Shown: positions 52,301 through 64,000 of the stretch, piece by piece | Numbering within the stretch: position 1 is the stretch's first letter | Layout of the letters: every line of letters starts with the position of its first letter | Source: Lingula anatina | Lineage: Eukaryota; Animalia; Brachiopoda | Assembly (NCBI GenBank): GCA_051362555.1 | Contig: CM120641.1 | Coordinates: 6,882,001 to 6,946,000, forward strand | Length of the DNA stretch: 64,000 nt | Direction of reading: 5' to 3' | Translations under genes and position numbers: made by a program | The notes under the pieces: generated by a model | Seen by the model: the letters and a program-made list of their open reading frames with translations, nothing else | Databases searched by the model: none | What the model was told of the DNA's origin: nothing

Positions 52301-53088
52301 TAACAATTGACCTAATGACTTAGCAATATGGCTCATTTGTGCCCCCCCCCCCCCCCCCCCCCCCCCTTTGACATCATAGACTGTCTGATGTAAATGCAAC
52401 AATCTGCCATTCATTCTAATGGCACTGTCAAACACAGGATATCACCACATTTTTTTTTTTGTAATAATAGAAACAGGATAAATCTCAAAGAGATCTCAGT
52501 TACCAAAAGAGTGGAGGATATCTTCCAATAAGGTACAGTTTTTTTTTTTTTTTTTTTTTGTTAAAATGACATATTGGATAGCTCTGTAATTAAATCCCAA
52601 ATAAATGTTATTTTAACTACTCAAATTCCCCATTCAACCTCCCAGTTGCCTTACATGATCATGGTCTGCCACTGAGTCCGGGAGTCCAAAGTCTCCAGGT
52701 ACATCTGCAGTGTGACACGTTTGAAATGGGTAACAGCCTTCACTTCATCCTCTGTGCTCTCAGGATACTTGGTCGCCATGAGTTTCATGAGTCGGAACAA
52801 CTCTTCAACAGCCTAAAATATGGGCCAAAATAACTTATGTAACATATGCATATATTAAGAAATCAAATTGGGAAAATTAAGCCAGAATGATAGACTTTGA
52901 TCCAATGTTATAAAAGAATTGCTATTCAAAAGTGCATTAAATGACCAGTGGTCTGTGTCTGCCCCGTATCTGTCCACAGTGTGCTACTTGAGGTCCTGTG
53001 GTCATCAGAGAGCAAAATACTCTAGGGAGAAATAGTGACATCTGAAGCCATCTTAGTAGCACAGGTGTGTATCAAGTCTCCCAGTGTT

Positions 53089-53157
<69 letters not shown>

Positions 53158-56100
53158 GAGTCTACATGCTTGATGCAAATCATAAATCAATTTTCTTTGT
53201 TTTTAACAATGATTCTTTTATTAACTATATGATAAAACGTCTATGTATTATGGGAATTCGTTTTTTTTTTATTACATGAAAAATGAAATAATTATGTTTT
53301 TCAGTACAAGATTGTTGTAAATCACTGGCAGTATACTCACAGCTGTGTACTGAGCTGGATATGGGGTGATATTTTTGAAAGCCCACTGTATGTTCTGGTG
53401 CTGGGCAAGCTGCCTTGTGAAGTTACGGGACACGTGGCAGCACATCCTTAATATCCCATAGTAAGCAGGCAGCATACATCTGTTGAATATGACAACCTCT
53501 TGGTCATCATGGTCTGCACTGAAATAGGAAGACAAAGATGTATGAATACAGTTGAAGACAGATATCTTTTAATTCCATAACCTTTATCTAACTGGTAATA
53601 TCTTTCCTCCTGTGCAATGCCTATTCAAAACCCTTCAATAATATATTTAGGTGTTATCACTGTCAATAATATAAGTAACAGTTGGGCTCCACATTTTCAG
53701 AACATAAATGCACAAAATAATATGATTAAATATCCTCAATACAATCTTACAGTATTATTTAATTAAAGTCACATATTCACTTATTATAAATGCCATGTGT
53801 AAACAATCCTGGAGAGAGTTAATTACATGTAAAGTAGTTTTGGGCACTTTTTAAAATCAGTATCACTTATTTCTATGTGCCATGCAAAATCTTACTGACC
53901 AACAACATTTATAATACATCAACCATTCAACTTACAATACAATATCACTAACAGTACAGTATATCACTAACAGTACAGTATCAGTATCATTTACAGTACA
54001 ACAACAATGCAACTTATAGTGCACTTTCATTTGGAGTACAATGTCAATAACAGTACAACATCAATATCACTTACAGTATATAGTTAAATGCAATGTTCTT
54101 GGTGACATGAGGGTTGGAGGTGATGAGTCGTATGTTCTCCTGGGTCTCGTTACACACCTGGTACCAAAACAACAGCAAGGCCTGCTTGTTGTGGTTAACT
54201 GCTATAGGGGGCTCTGACAGCTTGGGCTGGAAAAGCTGCCACAGGTCCAGGAAGAAAGGGGAAAACTGGAATATAAACAAGCGGGTGTAAATAATTCAGA
54301 GCATACTGTAAAGCTTCTTTGATTTGTCTGTAGCTGCAATTTTAAGCTTTTTTTCTCTGCTGTACTGGTCAAATCTTTGACTTTGTATTTAAACTGGTAC
54401 ATAGTCTTTTCTTCTGAGCAGTGCTGTGTTGCTTTTACAAATTCAACTGTTATGTGGATTACTTGCCTCATTCCCATGTGTAGACACCATGCAGTAGAAA
54501 ATGTTATCTTCCCATGAGTTTCTCCTGTTTAGACACCAGGTAGTAGAATATGATATCTTACCATGAGTTTCTCCTGTTTAGGCACCAGGCAGTACAATAT
54601 GATATCTTACCAAGAGTTTCTCCTGTTTAGACACCAGGCAGTACAATATGATATCTTACCATGAGTTTCTCCTGTTTAGACACCAGGCAGTACAATATGA
54701 TATCTTACCAAGAGTTTCTCCTGTTTAGGCACCAGGATATAGAATATGATATCTTACCATGAGTTTCTCCTGTTTAGACACCAGGCAGTAGAATGTGATA
54801 TCTTACCATGAGTTTCTCCTGTTTAGGCACCAGGCAGTAGAATATGATATCTTACCATGAGTTTCTCCTGTTTAGGCACCAGGCAGTAGAATATGATATC
54901 TTACCATGAGTTTCTCCTGTTTAGACACCAGGCAGTAGAATGTGATATCTTACCATGAGTTTCTCCTGTTTAGGCACCAGGATATAGAATATGATATCTT
55001 ACCATGAGTTTCTCCTGTTAAGACACCAGGCAGTAGAATGTGATATCTTACCATGAGTTTCTCCTGTTTAGACACCAGGCAGTACAATATGATATCTTAC
55101 CATGAGTTTCTCCTGTTAAGACACCAGGCAGTAGAATATGATATCTTACCATGAGTTTCTCCTGTTAAGACACCAGGCAGTAGAATATGATATCTTACCA
55201 TGAGTTTCTCCTGTTAAGACACCAGGCAGTACAATATGATATCTTACCATGAGTTTCTCCTGTTTAGACACCAGGCAGTAGGTCATGAGAGCAAAATAAG
55301 ACATCAGCTGTGTGGTACTGTAGGTTGTGGCATCTGCATGGAAATAAAGATAATATCACTCAAAAATCATCACTCTGATTAACAAAAAATATTTAAAAAA
55401 CTCAATATTACACAAAAAGTTCGAGATAATTTGGTTCATAAATGGCAGCCCTGGCAATGTGTCTGCGACTAATACATATGCTTTCATTTTACAGACTAGA
55501 GTACTGAACATAACTGGGTATATGTACAGAAAAACTGTATATTATGCACCAATAAGCAGAAGTTGTAAACGTCTTAGGTATTATAAGCTTGTAACCATCA
55601 AGGTTAATGGTATTCTTCAGATTGATGCCTAAGTCATGAGTGTGGTCATGTCACTCTCACACGCACATGCATAATAGCATGCCAGCAATTATTTCCTCAC
55701 CGACATAATGCTTGGCTTTGCTCAACAGTCTCAGGAGCTCCATGTATATCTGGTGCAGCACAGCCAGAGCCTCGTGACCCATCTACAACATATACATATT
55801 ATATCATGCAACACATGTTTTGTAATAAGTGTTTGTATCCCACATGAAAACTTTTCTTTTCCCAAATTCACACAAGAAAAGTGAAAATTGTTTGCAAGCA
55901 ATATGATATTGATTTTTCATCTTTACTTATTAATTAATTTATTTATTTATTCATTTTACATTTATCGGGTTATAATATGATTAAATTGTTATTTCAACTT
56001 ACAGAGATCTCCTTGTGTGGACTGAGGATACTCCTGGCAGATCTGTAGGCCTGTCTGAAGTGAGGGCTGGGGACCAGAGACACCAACAGCAGGGCAGCAG

Positions 56101-56603
56101 CTAGGAACACAGACAGGAATTATGACTTTCATGATATTTACTTAAAAATTGACTGAACACAGACAGAAATTACAACTTTCAAGATCTTAACTTAAAAACT
56201 GATTCAGTTAGAAAATGGCACTAAATTAATTTTCCCAGTACAGTAGGATTCATGAGACAATAATATTAATAGTGCAATGAAAGCACAATGTCAAAGTATG
56301 TGAAACTCTAAAAAAAAAAATCCAATCCAGACAATTTAAAGTGAAGAAATGCCAAACAATGTCAGTTTATGATCAAAGTAAATGATCACAGTGCAGGCAA
56401 CACAATATAAAAATCTTCTTCACAGATTATGAAAGTAACCATTCCCACTCACCATTCCTGACCCTAGCATTGCTGTGTGCCAGTAGATAGTGCTCCACCC
56501 ATCCACTCATGTGCTGGAGGACAAAACTATGGGCTAGCTTGTTCCTGGTCACCTGGGTGGACATCCACTCCAGACACTGCTGGGGGCAGTACTCACACAC
56601 CTG

Positions 56604-56660
<57 letters not shown>

Positions 56661-59600
56661 TATTTACTTATTTATGTAGAGTCTATAGTCCATAAAAACA
56701 TGTTACAATTAAAATACCAAGCTAGAAATGATTATCTTAAATTGAAAAATAATGGTTTTAAAAGTAACAAAAAAAATGTCCAATTCCAATAATAATATGT
56801 TATACAACAAAATTTTTCAAAAGATAAGTTTTCAGTTCTTTTGTTAAATCATCAGCTGAGCTTAGGTTTCTTAGTTCCGATGGTAACAAATATGACAACA
56901 TGGTACTGCAGACATTTGAAAATCCCACATTGTGTATTGAGTACTCTTGTGGAAGAATGATAATAAACAATTACACATACATTATAAGAGTTCATGGATG
57001 CAATCATTCAATTTCAATTGAAATCAAAAACCTCATAAAATATGATTGTTTTACTTACATCCCAGAACTTGTGCAGCACATATTGTGTAAAAGATGGCAT
57101 CCCAGGGGGTCCCCCAATAAACTCCACCAACATAGACAAGATCTTGAAGAAAGGCTGAGCATACTGGAATCAGAACAAAGAAACTGGACATGGGCATGAA
57201 TTCACAAATCAAAAATTTCATGAGGACATGACACTGTATCATATCATTTTATATCATAACATGTTACAGAAAATAATTTAATATGGAATCCTGAATTTAT
57301 CCAAAAAGAGAGACAAGAGCAGAATAATAAGACATGTTTACTAACTTACCTCCTGGTTCAGCTTAGTAATGGCAGTGAATATCATGTGTATGGTCTGAAA
57401 AGAAACAAAAGAAAAAATTACACCTGAATTCAAATGAAGAAATGTAATAGTTTTAACTTTATAAATGTGTGCCTGCATGCATCTCATGTAAACCTACACT
57501 CATATAAATATTTTAAAGATCTCTTTGGGTAAACTTATCAACCAACTGGTATGTCAAAATTCAAGCTTTATTCCTTGCATACACAAAGAAACATCTATAT
57601 TCTCACCTGAGCAGCAAGCCTGTCATTCCACCTGCACAAACTGAAGATAAGGTTACAGGTTTGGCGCAGGTTAATACTGTCTCGGATTTGACTAAACAGG
57701 AACGGATAGCCCTGAAAAAATCCACAATAAGTTTTAAAGCAAAGGAAATGTAATCATGATCGAGATATAATCAAAATTTGACATTTGTAAGTTCAATTTT
57801 CATTAAAAATTTGTGGTCATTACAACTTGATCTATTTTACAAATCAAAAACATCACTCCAGCAAAATATGTTGCAATGACTTTCAAATAATCTTCAGCAT
57901 TTCCAGTGTGACAGGTGTGGATTATGCACAAGGGTAAGGGCTGGCAGTTACTATATCACTTTTTTGTTTTTGTTAGGTGAACTAGTGTATTGTATAATTG
58001 TCCTACCATTTAAAATTCCTAATTCAGACAACCAGATACATCCAGAAACACTTTAGTCCAAATAGTTAACATGTATTCCATCAACATGTTTCATCTTTAC
58101 TACCTTTCCTCCAAGAAGAGCATTGTAATCCTTCTCCAATAGATGGAGCTGGTTGTCCTCCCCTCGCGCACTCTCCACCAACATGGCAATGAGATTGATC
58201 ATTTTGTCTAAAGATGGAGGACGGTACTTGCCCTCAGACAGGGTTATCACTTCTTCTTCCTCATCCTCATCTGATAGGATCTCAACCTGTAAATTGGGGT
58301 AATGTGAGATATTTTTTAAAATGATTTTCACAAAATTATAATCTGCTTCACGAGACAGATAAAAGTAAAGTTAATAACACATCTCTTTATAATCTGGTAT
58401 AGATGTACATCTCAAATATGTTAGTAACTTAACAAATTTTTAACATTTTAATGGTATTTGGCAAGGTGGCAGTCTTTATAGCACAGAACATAACCCATAC
58501 TTACGTATTGTTCTTGAGATTTCTGTCCCAGATAGAAGTGGATCAGGGTAGAGATAGCACCAGTGTTGAGCAGGAACATTTTCTCTTCTTCTCCCATTTT
58601 TGCAAACTCACACAGGAAGGCAAAGTACTCTGTCAGGTGCTTGCTGTTGGGGCGAGCACCTTGCTCGGTCTGAGGGGACAGAGACGGAGAACATATAGAT
58701 AATTCAAATACTCTATATACATCAGTGGATTCATAAATGGACAGGAACAATGAAAGTGAGAATTTATGATTAGATTATTCTTTAATGACTTCTTCCCCTA
58801 CCATCCAACCTATCTCTCTTGCCATCTTTCTGTCTCTCTTGAAAAAAATAATTATAAAAACACATGCCCAGTGAAACAGAAAAACTTACAATGGCAAGCA
58901 TATTTCTGATGAATCTGGTCACACATGACTTGCTTCCTATCTTATCCACATCAACTTCATCACTAGAATGAAAAATATGAATATTGGTCAAGAGATAACT
59001 TATGATTTTCTGACAGTTGTTTTGGACTTAAACGATACTCTTTCCAATATCCAGTGAGTAAGAAAAAAATCTTTAAATCTTATTCATCACAAACTAAGAT
59101 AAATTTGAAAGTGAAAGTTAAGCTAGATCCACTGCTCACCTTTCTCCTAATGGCAACAGGTACAAACTAACATGAACTGGTTTGAGCTGTGTTATCACAT
59201 GTATAAGTAATCTCTGAAACATCTGAAAGAAAAATTTACTTTTAAAATTCTGTTTAAACATTTCTCCACTCCAATGATCCCAGGTACACAAACATTGCAT
59301 TCAAGTCTTTCTTTTCAATGGAAGCTTTTAAAATATTAAAATATGTCTGAAGCAATAAGAATAATAATAAGTGTCCCCTAAATATCCCATATCCCTATTT
59401 CTGTCTGCTGACATAGCAGAACTAACTCACCTGTCTAACAGTTTGGTTGGGGCATTTGATGAGTATTTGCTGTGGCCACCAGTCATCTTCAGCCATGGTG
59501 TCCAGGAACCACTGTAAATAAATTAATAAATATATACCTGAAAACATGACATTACCTTACTAATACCTGCAGGATGTCTTTGATTGAGTATTCGAGGTAA

Positions 59601-62600
59601 ATACGCATATCTGTTAAAATTTGAAACTTGGTACCAAGTATATAATTTTATGCCTATATTTTATAAGCTTTATCAACAGAACATGGACTTGAGGATAAAT
59701 AGAATGGAATGCCATCTTTTAACAAGTGGAAAAACTACTCACCTCACAAGCTGCATGGCAAGAATTGAACTGTTTGGTCAAAAGCTCTATCCACTGTAAC
59801 ATAGTGGGCTGGAAAACAAAGGGGCAAGGGACTATGTATGTATGTATTTCTTTATAATACATTAACTGCAACTAATTCTTTTAGAAAGCTCAAATACAAC
59901 AAACAATGCATTTAAAAAATAATGACTTAAGGCTATATTTCCTCACCTTTTCTTTGGCATGAATGAAGGTTTCCAGCACAAAAGATGTGCTGAGTTTGGC
60001 AGCTAGTAAAGGAACCTCTGGATTGTCCTTGGGTAGGGTTGTAGGAAGATAGGCACAGATCTGCCACATGAACCTGAATAATGCAACAAAAATATTGCAA
60101 TATAACTGTCAGCCTTAAAGGTTAGAGTATAGTTTAGAATAGATGAGGTATCTTGAAAGTTACACTGTATGGAGTGATCTAGATCTGTTTATATCACCGT
60201 AGTGGCATACAGACAGGTTTGGTGTGTTCAAAATTTCCTTAAAAGCTGCTTAGGCCACACTTTTTTAATTTTATGGATGACATCCTGCGCGCGCACCGAT
60301 TTTCGTTCGTTCTCAAAAAAAAAAAAAAAAAATCCCCCCCCCCAAAGGAAGTCGGTTGTCGCAAACATCGTTATTGAATTTGCCGGAAAATGCAATCAGC
60401 AATTCTCTGCTAATTCCGCAAGCTCCATACTGTCATTGTCGACTGCGGAGACATCCGAGTAGTTCCGAGTGTGGAAAATGAGCTTTCTGCGCATGCGTAT
60501 TATCACCACATGGAAATATGGCCGTTTTGCCGTCAACTTCATCTCTAGCATTAATTTCAAAATACACGACAATTTAAGTCATAAAGAGAACGGGGGCCGT
60601 CGTTTTGGATTGGTTTGCCATTGATATTGGACATGGAGATATCACCCTTTTACAATTTTACGAAAGGCTGGCCGCGGCCAGCAATCATCGCCCGGAAAAT
60701 TTCAGTGACATTCTGTCCAAAGCAGCACATACCAGTTTCTTTTTGGAGCGAAAAAAGGGTCGACAAGAGCGTCGCGGTATTTGGTGGACTGAAGGTCGGA
60801 CAGGCCACCCAATAGTTGGCTGCTAGCGTGTGAGTCGAAGTAGACAAAATGGCATCGACCGAAATTACCCTAGTAGTAGGAAGCATAGGCCTATCTTTGC
60901 TTAATTTTTTTAACAATTCTGTGAAGTGTTTACAATGCTTTAATTTTCTGAGAGTACAAATAAAGACACGCTATTTATTTGATATTTGTTTTATTGGTTT
61001 CTATACCAACAGAATGCATGAAATAACCTTAAATAGATTTGGTAATATGCAGCATATATATTCATGACTTTTTACCTTTCTACGAAGTAGGCCCTATTCA
61101 CAATGCTTTAATATTTTGAGAGCATGGATAAAGACATGTTGTTAGTTTGATACGTGTTTCTGTGGTAAATTAGTGTTTCCAGCTGTGTACTGAAAACATA
61201 ACTTTTCTTAAGCAGTTTTTTTTTTTTTTTTTGGACTGTTTTTTTTTTTTTTTCGCCCGCTCGCACCAACTTTGGGGTCCCCAGAGGATGTCATCCATAA
61301 AAATAAAAAAGTGTGGCCTTATTATGAGTATTTTTGTAATATACATTCTACATGAGAACTGTTTAAAAATAATGGAAAGATCTGGTTTTACTTACCCAAA
61401 ATATGTGTGTTCAAACAAGTTCTTGTCCTGGATAAACTGCTTATTATCCTGCCAAATCCACTGGAGGAAAAAGACAGAAAAATTAAGGCAACAATATTAG
61501 TAAGACCCAAATCAACAACAAATCATGCAATTTTCATCAGTTCATTTCAAACATTTCTAAGCATCATTCCACTCACTATTCAGTTTCTAACATTTGAGCC
61601 TAATGAAGCAAGTACAAATGTTCATAGTCTAGAGGCTAGAAGCTGTACTTACATCTGCCAGTTCCTTGCCTAGCTCAAAATTAAACCTTGGTAACACAGT
61701 CTGCTCCACCTGTACATTAGAGGCCTGGGGCTTCATTCTCTCATAAAACAACATGTATGCACTGTTGGTCTGAAAGAAGAACATGTTTCACCTTTCCTTT
61801 TTTTTTTAAATAACTTTTGATACACAGCATTCCTCATAAGCAAATTTACCTGACTTAAAGGGATACAGACATGTCTAACGTCAAATTAATATTTAAGAAT
61901 GTCTTCAGTGAACCATTTTAGATCTGACTGATAATTGCAAGTTACCTTTTCAAAAGAAAAGTCCATAAACTTGTCTGTCATGGTATCATAAGTCTTGCTC
62001 TGAAACAAGATAGTGATATGTAAAATCTAAAACTGAATGGTATTAACAGCAATATTTTAATACATTTATTATATGTAAAATATCATTGAAATATTCAATA
62101 GACTTTAGTTGCAGTTCTAAACAAATAAGATCTAGCAACAATGTAATAAATTTAAAGAACTGAAATATATTCATAAACATTTCTTAAATATTTATCCTAT
62201 TGTTTTAGGTATAAAATAAGTCAAAGTGAAAAAGTTAATAAAATATCTAATTTACTGTCATTTCTCCTCCAAAGCACTCTGTGGCCAGCTGGGCAGGATC
62301 AAATGGTTTCACTTCAGCATCATTAAAGAGATACCTAGATTATGAGACAAAATGCAACTTCTTAGTGAAATTTGACTTAATAAAATTCTATATCCCCAAA
62401 GGCGAAAAAGGACCACAAACAAAAATTACTTTTTCTTTTTAAAATGTTCTAATTTCTCATGCATATCTTAATCAAACAAAGAGCAGAAGCAGAGATGCAG
62501 ACACCAAAGGTTACATGCTTCCTACAACAATTGTATCAAATTTAGAACACTATTTTCAAACTGCTGGTGAAATAATATCTATCTATAAGAACACCAGAAC

Positions 62601-63938
62601 CTATTGTGGAATTAAATGTGTGAAAGTTATGTCATCAAAATTTTTATCACCTCAGCTTAAAGGTAATTCACTAGGTTCACCACTATATGGCACATCAAAT
62701 TTTAGCTCAACTATTCTGATTTGTGTACTATTTTACTTTTTTGCCAATTTTGTTACCAACTATGGGAAAAAATTAAATTATCCAGATATTATATCTGACT
62801 CAAGTGGGATCAAATCTAAAGCCTCAACCTCCTCACCATCTATCCTGACCATTATCAGACTGGTGGACCCTGTCCCTGATAAAGCTGTAGTAATGACCTC
62901 CGTCTGCTGTCCCAGTATGGACAGTCACTCCAATCAGTTCATAGTCATAACCTTCCCTCTCCGCCTCTGTGTCACTGTCTGTTTCTTCCTCCACCTTGTC
63001 CTGGGGTTTCTTCTCCACATCTTCATCTGTAAATAATACAATATATTTATAGACTCCTTTGGTAAAAGTTCATAGTTTAAAAATGACCTCTCACCAAGTA
63101 TGACATATAATACTACTTTTAGCTCTAGCTGATCCCAACGAAGCATTTTCTTTCATACTCAAGGATTTTCTATTTACAAAAAATGCTTTGATTGGACCAT
63201 TTCTTCAAACTCAGGAAATTTCTATGAACTAATCTTTTCCTCTCTTGTCCTATTACGCATTTTTTTCACATTCAAATAAATTTCCAAGAAAAGGCTTCCT
63301 CTCTTTGGTCTCATGAAAATATCATCTTTTTAATTTCAGGGAATTCTCTAGGAATCTACCTTTTGCTCTCTCTGGTCCCATCAATGTCTTCTCCATGTAG
63401 GGTGACATGTCCAGTCTCAGTGGGAAGGAGAAGTGTGTGTTGACCTTCTCTTTCAACATGGTCACCATATTGAATGTATATCGCATGGTGTTGAAGCAAA
63501 GAATCTTGGGAAGTTTCTTGAAGCACGCCCTGAATAATAAATAAATAAATAATAATAATAATAATAATAAATAAGACAAGATAAAGTCGGTAAAGACTTC
63601 AGCAACTTAAAAATAAGATAAAGAAACAACATGAAATTCAATCTGTCATGTGTATCATTCTAGGGCACTACCTAACAAAGGAAGATTTCCTTTTTTGCTC
63701 TCCTATGCTAAATCAATTGTAATGTTTTTTATGTTTATCTATTACATCAATTTAAAAATTAGGCCTGAAGATACACCAAAAACAAAATTATGATACACAA
63801 GACATGAACTACAAAATCATTATCATAATATTAAATGGATACCTTTTTTCAGCCCTAACTTTTTTGCCACAGTTTGAGCAAGTATACATGTTGTCTCCCT
63901 CCAGTGTGTCCTTTACTGTCACCTCATCAAGGGACTCC
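43337..63938 (-). CDS. USP34: Ubiquitin carboxyl-terminal hydrolase 34, C-terminal half; 5' exons lie beyond the right edge
   Basis: 35 GT-AG exons: 63843-63938, 63360-63529, 62837-63026 (His box HTGTADGGHYYSFI), 62256-62334 (YLFNDAEV), 61946-61999, 61653-61769 (SAYMLFYER), 61396-61460, 59947-60073, 59743-59808, 59431-59511, 59140-59222, 58890-58962, 58505-58669, 58104-58286, 57607-57711, 57350-57394, 57059-57163, 56453-56600, 56003-56100, 55701-55782, 55248-55333, 54075-54265 (FQPKLSEP..NHNKQALL), 53341-53518, 52655-52812, 48854-48932, 48330-48456, 47990-48103, 47484-47588, 46728-46848, 46094-46217, 45697-45776, 45136-45273, 44668-44805, 44175-44436, 43337-43872 (stop TAA). Confidence 0.96.
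47763..47865 (-). pseudogene. Diverged intronic copy of the last about 110 nt of the USP34 CDS
   Basis: Aligns with 43336-43445 (NIECI...TDKVQ...EKD*), with substitutions and an 8-nt deletion. Confidence 0.8.
48960..52000. repeat. Nested repeat cluster in a USP34 intron (Helentron/HINE-like, with satellite core)
   Basis: Segments of 49068-49420 recur at 50270-50452 and 51820-51998. An element starting ACTAGAGG..agaggcgataccgcctct (50452) contains about three 146-bp tandem units (tgacttcctattcaagttc at 50935, 51081, 51227). Confidence 0.65.
49558..49887. mobile_element. TTAA-TSD MITE, copy 2, nested in the repeat cluster
   Basis: Inverted near-identical copy of 2590-2927 with TTAA flanks; it interrupts a motif that is intact at about 49215-49250. 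Confidence 0.85.
53090..53152. repeat. (TG)n(AG)n compound microsatellite
   Basis: Directly visible in the sequence. Confidence 0.95.
54473..55281 (-). repeat. 49-bp minisatellite (about 16 units) built from a USP34 exon 3' end and its splice donor
   Basis: Plus-strand unit catgagtttctcctgtttagacaccaggcagta(g/c)aatatgatatcttac; the terminal unit is part of exon 55248-55333. Confidence 0.95.
56603..56660. repeat. (TAA)n microsatellite abutting a USP34 splice acceptor
   Basis: About 19 AAT units immediately upstream (on the minus strand) of the acceptor at 56601-56602. Confidence 0.95.
60253..61318. mobile_element. PIF/Harbinger-like non-autonomous DNA transposon, copy 2
   Basis: Same TIRs as 8392-9369, TTA on both flanks, interior homologous in reverse orientation. 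Confidence 0.85.
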
Positions 63939-64000
63939 TACAATATGGAGATTGGCATGTTTATATGACAGTAAACAGTGTTTTCATTGTCTTAAATATT

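Noticed and set aside
54473-55281. CRISPR-like array
   Set aside because: The units are contiguous near-identical 49-mers without unique spacers, there are no cas genes, the context is a eukaryotic intron, and the unit derives from the USP34 exon junction.
62515-63036. 173-aa plus-strand ORF
   Set aside because: It is the antisense shadow of a USP34 exon plus intron and has no recognisable motifs.

Overview
AT-rich, intron-rich animal genomic DNA; the repeat complement suggests a lophotrochozoan such as a mollusc (inference only). Four conserved spliced genes were reconstructed by hand: SLC30A6/ZnT6 (minus strand, 5' ten coding exons, runs off the left edge), MFSD13A/TMEM180 (minus, complete, about 471 aa), AHSA1/Aha1 (plus, complete, about 342 aa) and USP34 (minus, 35 C-terminal exons, runs off the right edge). 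Introns carry several MITE families with clear TIRs/TSDs, Helentron-type elements with satellite cores, and a 5'-truncated LINE sits between the MFSD13A and AHSA1 starts. The most notable items are: (1) a complete 321-bp miniature LTR retrotransposon whose LTRs each contain a tRNA-Thr-like Pol III cassette, with a tRNA-Leu PBS, a PPT and a 4-bp TSD (Helenus-type TRIM); (2) a 16-kb intergenic mosaic of short, decayed, co-oriented coding fragments from many unrelated transposons, lying antisense and directly downstream of MFSD13A, a candidate uni-strand piRNA cluster; (3) a 49-bp minisatellite made from a USP34 exon end plus its splice donor, giving 14 extra GTAAG donors. Most short ORFs in the supplied track are spurious or are exon fragments.
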